Shown: piece by piece, positions 56,234 to 64,000 of the stretch | How the letters are laid out: each line of letters opens with the position of its first letter | Numbering within the stretch: the first letter of the stretch is position 1 | Source of the DNA: a bacterium | Lineage (GTDB): Bacteria; Acidobacteriota; Blastocatellia; HR10 | Direction: 5' to 3' | Assembly: GCA_041640655.1 (NCBI GenBank) | Contig: JBEPZV010000003.1 | Location: 1 to 64,000 of the forward strand | Length of the DNA: 64,000 nucleotides | Made by a program: the position numbers and the translations under genes | The notes under the pieces: model-generated | What the model saw: the letters and a program-made list of their open reading frames with translations, nothing else | Database searches by the model: none | What the model was told of the DNA's origin: nothing

Positions 56234-57103
56234 TCAACTTCCAAGCGCCAGACGCGCCAAGCATTCCCGGAGCAAGGCGCGCATGCTCGGAGCCGGCGCA
56301 TACAGGCGACGGCCGTGCCCGGGAAGCACCCACTCGAAGCGAACGTCCAGAAGCCGCTCGAGCGAGCGCACCTGCTCCTCCCAGGAATACCAGCAGACGC
56401 GCCGCGAGGCGACCACCTCTCCCCGCTCATTTCCCCACAAGTGATCTCCGGAGAAGAGATACCGCTCCCGATAGAGCAAGACCTGATGTCCGGGCGTGTG
56501 CCCCGGCGTGGGGATCACCAGAAGATCGTCCTCCAGCAGGACCGGATCTCGTCCGGCGAGCACGATCTCCACATCGCGCGTCGCGCGCGTCAGATCCGCG
56601 CGATGCAAAACGCGGCGACACCCGAAATGCCGATGGAATTTCTCGTGATCGGCGACGTCATCCCGATGCGTGAGGAACATGAGGGCGACGCCGCCCATCG
56701 CCTCCAAGCGCCGCACCAGCGGCCTCGTGAATCGCGGAGAATCCACGAGCACATTCCCCTGCGGGCGAAGGATCAGGTAGCTCGACGCGCCGAACGAACG
56801 CTCAGAAGCGAATCCGCAGAAGTAGACGTTCTCCGAGATCGGCTCGGGGAAAGCCGCGATGGCCGCTCGGAGGTCCTGTTTGCGCAGCGTTCCGATGGAG
56901 GCCGTCGGACAGGTCACAAGGGCCATCTGCGCTCGGAGCCGCTCCTGGGGCGACTCCGGTTGATGGTACACGATCGCCTGCCCGCGATGAGCCCGAAAGA
57001 CGGAGGGAGCGATCTGACGACAGTGATCGCAATCAATGCAACTTGTGTCCACGAAGAATTCTCCCGGAGCATTCTCGGTTCGCCGCGCCTGCCATCGCGC
57101 CAT
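56234..57103 (-). CDS. MBL-fold metallo-hydrolase with N-terminal ferredoxin-like domain
   Basis: CIDCDHC...CP; THRDDVAD, TPGHTPG, FSGDH, PGHG. Confidence 0.85.
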   Translation of the reverse strand: MARWQARRTENAPGEFFVDTSCIDCDHCRQIAPSVFRAHRGQAIVYHQPESPQERLRAQMALVTCPTASIGTLRKQDLRAAIAAFPEPISENVYFCGFASERSFGASSYLILRPQGNVLVDSPRFTRPLVRRLEAMGGVALMFLTHRDDVADHEKFHRHFGCRRVLHRADLTRATRDVEIVLAGRDPVLLEDDLLVIPTPGHTPGHQVLLYRERYLFSGDHLWGNERGEVVASRRVCWYSWEEQVRSLERLLDVRFEWVLPGHGRRLYAPAPSMRALLRECLARLALGS

Positions 57104-57253
57104 ATCGCTCTCCTTCGACTCAAGCGTAGACGCTTCGAGGTCGTGGGGGCAAGCGCGAGCATCGGCTTCGCTCCTCCTCAAGCGCCGATTCACAGATTCC
57201 GCGTGGGGTCTCGCTCGCGCACGGCGAAGTCACCGTTCAGCTCGGAGGCTTGG

Positions 57254-57282
57254 TTGACACCCTGCCGGACTTCGAGTATTCT
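57254..57282 (+). promoter_or_regulatory. sigma70 promoter of rpmH operon
   Basis: TTGACA-17 nt-TATTCT. Confidence 0.65.
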
Positions 57283-57351
57283 CTTGGACTTTGGGGACTT
57301 GGCAGGCCGGAAGCGACAGGTCGCACCCTGAGGCGTAGGGAGCGGTGAACG

Positions 57352-57495
57352 ATGAAGCGCACGTATCAGCCAAATAATCGGCGCCGAGCTAAGACGCACG
57401 GGTTCCGAGCGCGAATGAGCACGAAAGCCGGACGCGAGGTCCTGAGGCGGCGTCGTCGAAAGGGGCGTTATCGGCTCACGCCGGAGCACTATTGA
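57352..57495 (+). CDS. rpmH: 50S ribosomal protein L34 (below ORF-track cutoff)
   Basis: [47 protein letters not shown]. Confidence 0.97.
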   Translation: MKRTYQPNNRRRAKTHGFRARMSTKAGREVLRRRRRKGRYRLTPEHY

Positions 57496-57568
57496 TCGAG
57501 AGGCCTCGACACTTGGGAGCTTTCCAGTTGGGCTTCTGTGAGGCCCTCGCGCGAACGGACGCATAGAC

Positions 57569-58051
57569 ATGCCGGATGAGCGGTTCCGAAAATCGGAACG
57601 ATTGCGCCGACGACGCGATTTCCTCAAGGTCTACGCCGAAGGCGCGCGCTACAGCTCTCGCCTCTTCACGATCTTCGCGCGCGCGAACGATCAGCCCGTC
57701 AGCCGGTTGGGCATCACGGTCTCTCGAAAGATCGGGAAAGCCGTTCGGCGAAACCGCGCCAAACGGCTGATCCGCGAAGTCTTTCGTAAGAACAAGGCGC
57801 GGCTTCCCCGCCCGCTTGATCTCGTCGTGAATGTGAAGGAGGCCATTCGAGACGCCGATTACCGGGCCGTGGAAGCCGAATTCCTGCGCCTGATCGAACG
57901 CATGAGCCGGGACCTGTGCGATCGGAAGCCCGCGCCCTCGCGGGGATCAGCCGATGAGCCTTCGGGCACAGCTCAAGGCGCGACGCTGGCGATCGAGCCC
58001 ACTGCCCTGAGACGCATGGGGCTTCTTCCGAGCCTCACGGCAGCGCTATGA
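57569..58051 (+). CDS. rnpA: Ribonuclease P protein component
   Basis: [25 protein letters not shown] (RNR motif); C-terminal extension. Confidence 0.95.
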   Translation: MPDERFRKSERLRRRRDFLKVYAEGARYSSRLFTIFARANDQPVSRLGITVSRKIGKAVRRNRAKRLIREVFRKNKARLPRPLDLVVNVKEAIRDADYRAVEAEFLRLIERMSRDLCDRKPAPSRGSADEPSGTAQGATLAIEPTALRRMGLLPSLTAAL

Positions 58052-58299
58052 AATGGATCGCCCTCATCGTGCTCAAAATTTACAAGTTCGGGATCTCGCC
58101 CTTGCTCCCTCCGGCGTGTCGTTTCATGCCGAGCTGCTCGGAATATGCTGGCGAAGCCATCGCGCGCTTCGGATTCTGGCGCGGCGCCTGGATGGGGTTA
58201 CGACGCCTGCTCCGCTGCCACCCCTTCCACCCAGGGGGGTATGATCCGGTTCCTCCGCTGGTCCCCCCCTCGGATCATCTTCAATCCCCGGTGAGGTGA
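58048..58299 (+). CDS. yidD: Membrane protein insertion efficiency factor
   Basis: [27 protein letters not shown]. Confidence 0.95.
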   Translation: MKWIALIVLKIYKFGISPLLPPACRFMPSCSEYAGEAIARFGFWRGAWMGLRRLLRCHPFHPGGYDPVPPLVPPSDHLQSPVR

Positions 58300-58306
58300 G
58301 ATCTCG

Positions 58307-60058
58307 ATGGAGAAGCGCGTCCTTCTGGCCTTCATCCTCTCGACGACGATCCTGGCGCTCTGGTACTACTTCTTCGCTCCCTCTCCGCTGCAGCCGACCC
58401 CATCGCAGAAGCCAGCCGCTGCTCCCACTCGCGCGGCAGACGAAGCCAAGACACCGGCCGAGACTCCTGAAGCACCTCCGGCCGCCTCCGTCCCCGAGCG
58501 CGAGATCCGTATTGAGACCCCTCTTTGGACGGCCATCTTCCATAATCGCGGCGCCGTCGCGCGAAGCTGGAATGTTCACCATCGCCCGAATGGACAGATT
58601 CTGCTGGGGGCCGATCGGCGCCCCTTGGAGCTCATTCCTCAGGAACGTGAAGTCATCGAGAAGCTCGGCCGTCCTTTTGCGCTCAGAAGCCCTGAGGCTC
58701 AGCTCGATCGGATACTCCAAACGGCGACGTATGCCGTTGCGATAGAAGACTCCGCGCTCCGGATCGAAAAGGGAGAGACGCGCCAGCTCACCTTCACTTA
58801 TGAAGATCCGGCGCGCGAGCTTCGGGTCCAGAAGACCTTCACGTTCTTCGGAGACCGCTACGACTTTCGGCTCTCGATCTCGGCCACGCGCGCCGGACGC
58901 CCGCTTGAGGTCGCCCTCGTCCTCGGACCGAGCTTCGGCGATCAGAGCATTCGCCGCAGCGACACGTATACGAAGACCCCACCCATCGCCGTCGTGCGCG
59001 CGCGAGAGGAGACCCACCGCGTTCACGCCGAGAAAGTGCCCAAGGAGCCACCGCAAGGCCCCATCACCTGGGCGGGGATCGAAGATAACTACTTCGCTCT
59101 GGTCGCCATTCCGACGGCGCCGACATCGCGGGTGAGCTTCTCAACGCACGCGCTCAAGGAGACGATCGAGGACGAGGAGATCACGCGCCATTTCATCGCC
59201 GTGACGCTTCCCATGAGCGCGCCGCAGGAGTTCACGGTATTCGCGGGCCCGAAGGATCCGCAGGTGCTCGCTGCGCTGGACGCTCGGCTGGGCGGAGTGG
59301 AACTGGAGGAGGTCATCAACTACGGCTATTTCTCCTCCGTCGTGAAGCCGCTCATCACCTGGATCTTGCTCCCGGCGCTTCACGCCGTCCACAAGCTCAC
59401 GGGGAATTACGGCGTGGGGATCATCGTCGTGACGATCGCGCTCAACCTCTTCTTCTACCCCTTGCGCCGGTCCTCCACGATCCGCATGCGAAAGGCGAGC
59501 GCTCTGCAACCCAAGATGCGCGAGCTGCAGGAGAAGATGAAGGGGCTGAAGAAGAACGATCCGCGCCTGCAGGAGCTGCAGATGGAGCAGCTTCGGCTCA
59601 TGAAAGAGGCGAACCCTTTGGGAGGATGCCTGCCGCTGCTGCTGCAACTGCCGATCTTCTGGGCGATGTTCGTCCTGCTGACGGTCAGCCTGGATGTGCG
59701 TCAGGCGCCCTTCGTCGCCTGGATTGATGACCTCTCGTCACCCGACCGATGGCACGTCCTGCCGATTCTCATGTGCGCCTCGATGATCATCTCGACGCTC
59801 ATGACGCCGACTCCAAGCAGTGATCCCTCGCAGCGCGTTCAGCGCTTCATGATGGCGTATGTGATGCCCGTTCTGCTCACCTATCTCTTCTTCTGGCGGG
59901 CTCCGAGCGGATTGGTCCTCTATTGGATGTTCAGCAATCTCGTGGGGATCGCACAGCAGCTCTTGATCAACCGCTCGCTCGGCCCACAGCCGCTGCCGGT
60001 CGCCGCCGAGCCAAACGCCCGCGGAATCTCGAAGCCGAAGGCCGCGACGAAAGGGTGA
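58307..60058 (+). CDS. yidC: Membrane protein insertase YidC
   Basis: GNYGVGII, NPLGGCLPLLLQLPIF, WIDDLS, PSGLVLYW. Confidence 0.95.
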   Translation: MEKRVLLAFILSTTILALWYYFFAPSPLQPTPSQKPAAAPTRAADEAKTPAETPEAPPAASVPEREIRIETPLWTAIFHNRGAVARSWNVHHRPNGQILLGADRRPLELIPQEREVIEKLGRPFALRSPEAQLDRILQTATYAVAIEDSALRIEKGETRQLTFTYEDPARELRVQKTFTFFGDRYDFRLSISATRAGRPLEVALVLGPSFGDQSIRRSDTYTKTPPIAVVRAREETHRVHAEKVPKEPPQGPITWAGIEDNYFALVAIPTAPTSRVSFSTHALKETIEDEEITRHFIAVTLPMSAPQEFTVFAGPKDPQVLAALDARLGGVELEEVINYGYFSSVVKPLITWILLPALHAVHKLTGNYGVGIIVVTIALNLFFYPLRRSSTIRMRKASALQPKMRELQEKMKGLKKNDPRLQELQMEQLRLMKEANPLGGCLPLLLQLPIFWAMFVLLTVSLDVRQAPFVAWIDDLSSPDRWHVLPILMCASMIISTLMTPTPSSDPSQRVQRFMMAYVMPVLLTYLFFWRAPSGLVLYWMFSNLVGIAQQLLINRSLGPQPLPVAAEPNARGISKPKAATKG

Positions 60059-60179
60059 AGCAGCGCGCTCCCGGCACGAGCGAGCGGCGCGCGCCCGAAG
60101 CCCATTCCCGAGGAGGCACTTTGCGTCCCCTGCCCTGAGAGGACACAATATTCACGGGTCCATCGCAGCCAGAGCGGCT

Positions 60180-61577
60180 ATGGCCTACGCATCCGAGGAC
60201 ACCATTGCTGCGATCTCGACACCGCCGGGACGAGGAGGTATCGGGATCGTCCGCCTGAGCGGGCCACGAGCCCGAGAGATCGCTCGCATCGTCTTTCACC
60301 CCAAGGCGGAAGGAGCATCGCAAGAGGCCCCCTTCTCCCCGCGACGGGCGACCTTCGGCGAAATTCGCGATCCCCGAACGGGAGATCTCCTCGATGAAGC
60401 CATCGCCACGTTCTTCCCCGGACCGCGCAGTTACACGGGTGAAGACGTCGTCGAGTTCAGCTGCCACGGGAGCCCCGTCGTGTTGCGGCGGGTCTTGGAC
60501 GTGCTCCTGGAATGTGGCGCTCGCGCCGCCGGGCCCGGAGAGTTCACCCTCCGCGCTTTCCTCAACGGACGCATAGATCTCACTCAGGCCGAGGCGATCC
60601 GCGACCTGATCGAAGCGCAGACCATCACACAAGCGCGCGTCGCGTTACGACAAATGCAAGGGAGCCTCTCCCAACGCCTCCAGCCACTTCGACAAACGCT
60701 CGTAGACGTGATCGTGCAGATGGAGACGGCCATCGAGTTCGTCGAGGATGATGTCGTGACCGAGAGCCACGCTTCTCTCCTTCGCCAGCTCGACGCGGTG
60801 ATCGCCCAGCTTGAGGAGATCGCCTCGCACTATCGCACGGGGCGCCTCGTCCGCGATGGGATCCACATCGCCATTATCGGGAAACCGAACGTGGGGAAAT
60901 CGAGCCTCTTCAATCGCCTGCTGGAGCGAGAGCGCGCCATCGTGACGGAGATCCCCGGGACGACGCGCGATATGCTCATCGAGATGGCTTCGATCGAGGG
61001 CATCCCCATTCACCTGATGGACACGGCGGGCTTACGTGAAGCGACCGATCGGGTCGAACGTCTGGGGATCGAACGCAGCCGACAAGCCATCGCCGATGCC
61101 GATCTGGTGCTCGTCGTCCTGGATGGCTCGCGGCCGCTTGAAGGGGAAGACCGCACGGTCCTGGAGGAGACCCACTCCGTCCCCAGACTCATCGTGATCA
61201 ACAAGCACGATCTCCCCGAACGGCTCGATCTGGAATCGGTCCGAGCGCTCGCTCGTGAAGCGCCGATCTGCCGCATCTCCGCCCTGACCGGTCACGGCGT
61301 GGATGAGCTGCGCCGGCAGATCCTGGAGACGATCACTTCCGGTAGCGCCTTCTCCCCCGAAGATGTTATACTCACTAATGCGCGTCATCACCGGCTGATC
61401 GTTGCTGCTCGGGAGGCGGTCCTTCAGGCGCGACGCGCGCTCATCGAGGGGTATTCGGAGGAGGTCGCCCTGGTGGGCCTGCATGACGCGCTCCGAAATT
61501 TAGGGGAGATCACGGGCGAGGTGACGATCGAGGATATCCTGGAACGCATCTTCTCGACCTTCTGCATCGGGAAATGA
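60180..61577 (+). CDS. mnmE: tRNA modification GTPase MnmE
   Basis: [28 protein letters not shown]. Confidence 0.97.
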   Translation: MAYASEDTIAAISTPPGRGGIGIVRLSGPRAREIARIVFHPKAEGASQEAPFSPRRATFGEIRDPRTGDLLDEAIATFFPGPRSYTGEDVVEFSCHGSPVVLRRVLDVLLECGARAAGPGEFTLRAFLNGRIDLTQAEAIRDLIEAQTITQARVALRQMQGSLSQRLQPLRQTLVDVIVQMETAIEFVEDDVVTESHASLLRQLDAVIAQLEEIASHYRTGRLVRDGIHIAIIGKPNVGKSSLFNRLLERERAIVTEIPGTTRDMLIEMASIEGIPIHLMDTAGLREATDRVERLGIERSRQAIADADLVLVVLDGSRPLEGEDRTVLEETHSVPRLIVINKHDLPERLDLESVRALAREAPICRISALTGHGVDELRRQILETITSGSAFSPEDVILTNARHHRLIVAAREAVLQARRALIEGYSEEVALVGLHDALRNLGEITGEVTIEDILERIFSTFCIGK

Positions 61578-63475
61578 ACACCATGCACTGCGATGACCGT
61601 TTCGACGTGATCGTCGTCGGCGGCGGCCACGCCGGATGCGAAGCCGCTCATGCGGCCGCCCGCATGGGCTGCCGAACGGCGCTCGTGACGCTCTCGGCCG
61701 AGTTGATCGCTCAAATGTCCTGCAATCCGGCGATCGGGGGGATCGCCAAGGGCCACCTGGTGCGCGAGATTGACGCGCTAGGGGGCCTCATGGGCATCGT
61801 CACCGATCGCATCGGCATCCATTTCCGCGTCCTCAATCGAAGCCGCGGCCCAGCCGTTCAATCCCCCCGCGCCCAATGTGATCGCACCGTCTACCGCCGG
61901 GAGATGCAGCGTCAGCTCCGAGAGACACCCGGCCTTTCGATCATCGAGGGCGAAGTGGCCGATCTGCTCATCCAAGGGCGCACAATCCGCGGCATCCGCC
62001 TCGCCGATGGACGCACCTTCGCCGCCCGCGCCGTTGTGCTCACAACCGGGACGTTCCTGCGTGGCCTCATCCACATCGGGCGGTTGACCTTCCCCGCCGG
62101 ACGCTTGAGCGAAAAGCCCTCGATCGAGCTGGCTGAAACCCTCCGTCGCATCGGCTTCCGCATCGGACGCCTGAAGACCGGAACGCCACCGCGCCTCGAT
62201 GGCCGAACCATTGACTTCTCTCAGGCCGAACGCCAACCCAGCGATGATCCGCCGCAACCGTTCTCCTTCACGACGCGTGCCATCACCCAACCCCTGATTG
62301 ATTGCTTCATCGTCTACACGAACAGGAAGTCACACGAGGTCATTCGCCGAAATCTCGAAAAATCAGCCCTCTACAGCGGACAAATCCAGGGCATCGGCCC
62401 TCGTTATTGCCCCTCCATCGAGGATAAGATCGTCAAATTCCCCGACAAAGAACGACACCAGATCTTCCTCGAACCCGAAGGATACTACACCGACGAGGTC
62501 TATCCGAACGGCATTTCTTCCAGCATGCCCGTCGAAGTCCAATTGGAGTTCGTGCGAACGATTCCGGGGCTGGAGCGCGTCAAGTTCATTCGCCCAGCCT
62601 ACGCCATTGAATATGACTTCGTAGACCCTACAGAGCTGCATCCCTGGCTGGAGACCAAACGGATCGAAGGTCTTTTCCACGCTGGCCAAATCAATGGGAC
62701 AACCGGGTACGAGGAAGCCGCAGCTCAAGGCATCATGGCCGGAATCAATGCCGCTCTCCGCGTCCGAGGCGAAGACCCTCTGGTCCTCAGCCGCTCTCAG
62801 GCTTACATCGGCATCCTCATTGACGATCTCGTCACCAAAGGTGTGGACGAGCCATATCGTATGTTCACATCACGAGCTGAGTTACGATTGCTTCTTCGTC
62901 ACGACAACGCAGATATGCGATTGACCGAGATCGGACGCCGTCTTGGGTTGATCAGCAAGGATCGGTATATCGAGTTTTCAAAGAAGCGGAGAAACATAGA
63001 AATCTTGAAGCGATATTTCTTGAATACAAAAATCAGAAACGATGCTCAAGGATGGGCTCGTTTCAGCGAGGCGACCGGGATTCGCTTGGATGAGCCAACG
63101 ATTCTCGCGAAACTGGTATGTCGTCCGGAGGTGGATGCTGAACATGTCGTACTTCTTTTGCCCGACGGTTTGCGAGAACAGATAGATCGCGAAGAGCTTC
63201 GGGTCGCAGTGAATGACCTGAAGTATGCGGGATATATTGAGAGCCAGCGACAACTGGCGGAGAAGCTGGAACGGATGGAGACGCGGGTGATTCCGGAGGA
63301 TATGGATTTCACTCAGATCTCCGGCCTCTCGCGAGAGATCGTGGAGAAACTGACGCGGATTCGACCTCGGACTCTTGGGCAGGCGCGTCGGATTCCGGGT
63401 ATGACGCCAGCCGCTTTGACCCTCCTGAACATTCATCTGGAACTTCGGTCCCGGCGTGAACGAGCTCGAGCATAA
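61574..63475 (+). CDS. mnmG: tRNA uridine modification enzyme MnmG (GidA)
   Basis: [53 protein letters not shown]. Confidence 0.97.
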   Translation: MNTMHCDDRFDVIVVGGGHAGCEAAHAAARMGCRTALVTLSAELIAQMSCNPAIGGIAKGHLVREIDALGGLMGIVTDRIGIHFRVLNRSRGPAVQSPRAQCDRTVYRREMQRQLRETPGLSIIEGEVADLLIQGRTIRGIRLADGRTFAARAVVLTTGTFLRGLIHIGRLTFPAGRLSEKPSIELAETLRRIGFRIGRLKTGTPPRLDGRTIDFSQAERQPSDDPPQPFSFTTRAITQPLIDCFIVYTNRKSHEVIRRNLEKSALYSGQIQGIGPRYCPSIEDKIVKFPDKERHQIFLEPEGYYTDEVYPNGISSSMPVEVQLEFVRTIPGLERVKFIRPAYAIEYDFVDPTELHPWLETKRIEGLFHAGQINGTTGYEEAAAQGIMAGINAALRVRGEDPLVLSRSQAYIGILIDDLVTKGVDEPYRMFTSRAELRLLLRHDNADMRLTEIGRRLGLISKDRYIEFSKKRRNIEILKRYFLNTKIRNDAQGWARFSEATGIRLDEPTILAKLVCRPEVDAEHVVLLLPDGLREQIDREELRVAVNDLKYAGYIESQRQLAEKLERMETRVIPEDMDFTQISGLSREIVEKLTRIRPRTLGQARRIPGMTPAALTLLNIHLELRSRRERARA

Positions 63476-64000
63476 AAAGCGCGCATTCTGCCACTATGTG
63501 AAGGTTTGGGCGCGACGATTTGGCTTCTCCCTCTCTGAGTCGCTCTGTGAGAAGCTCTGCGAGCACTACGGCCTACTGCTTCACTGGAACAAACGGATCA
63601 ACCTGACGCGGATCCTTGACCCCGAGGAAGCCGCCCGCTTTCACTATGTGGAGTCGCTTTATGGAGAGCGATGGCTCGATCCCTCGATCACTAAGGTCGT
63701 AGACGTGGGCTCGGGTGGGGGATTCCCTGGGATTCCCATAGCCCTGGCGCGGCCAAATATCGCGGTGGTTTTGATTGAGAAGAGTAGGAAACGAGCCGTC
63801 TTCCTCTCGGAGGCCGCGCGTCAGCTGGGGCTGGAAAATGTCGAGATCTTCTGCGAACGCTTTGAGGCCTACGAGAGTCGGGACTTCGATGGAGTCGCCT
63901 GCCGGGCACTTGAGCGGATGCGGGAGCGGGTTCCCGATCTGCTCGCCTTCGCCAAAGAGAGCGTGCAGGTCCTCCTCTTTGGCGATGAAGATCTAGAGCG
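63456..64000 (+). CDS. rsmG: 16S rRNA m7G527 methyltransferase (truncated by window end; absent from ORF track)
   Basis: Manual translation from GTG 63456: [11 protein letters not shown]...HYVES...[13 protein letters not shown]...; follows mnmG. Confidence 0.92.
   Translation, partial: MNELEHKKRAFCHYVKVWARRFGFSLSESLCEKLCEHYGLLLHWNKRINLTRILDPEEAARFHYVESLYGERWLDPSITKVVDVGSGGGFPGIPIALARPNIAVVLIEKSRKRAVFLSEAARQLGLENVEIFCERFEAYESRDFDGVACRALERMRERVPDLLAFAKESVQVLLFGDEDLE

Overview
GC-rich bacterial chromosome segment, probably from a thermophile; an Acidobacteriota-like affiliation is only a guess. The left 24 kb is a minus-strand type III CRISPR-Cas super-locus. In transcription order it holds cas6, a complete III-B operon (cmr1-6), and a Csx1-like CARF-HEPN effector fused to a Csx3/Crn3-like ring-nuclease domain. 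An interrupting block follows (REP-like palindrome, secreted S9 peptidase, decayed DUF433/DUF5615 TA pair). Then come a complete III-A operon (cas10, csm2-5) with an intact DUF433/DUF5615 pair between csm4 and csm5, an NE0113-family CARF-wHTH protein, a DUF4258 protein and cas1, which is cut by the window edge. No CRISPR array is visible. The middle has metabolic genes, a probable secreted CxxU selenoprotein split in the ORF track by an in-frame TGA, an ArnT-like glycosyltransferase, an MNT-HEPN TA pair, lon, an S8 protease, uvrA and a CzcCBA-type pump. The right part has a full rRNA operon (16S, tRNA-Ile, tRNA-Ala, 23S, 5S; minus strand), def-fmt-rsmB and rpmH-rnpA-yidD-yidC-mnmE-mnmG-rsmG. 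Main leads: the Csx1-Csx3 fusion with an internal start, the selenoprotein with a SECIS-like hairpin, two TA modules each bracketed by about 100-bp duplications of a neighbouring promoter, a two-hairpin insertion in 23S rRNA, and a GC-skew inversion with an AT-rich core inside mnmG. All family calls come from motif recognition, not database searches.
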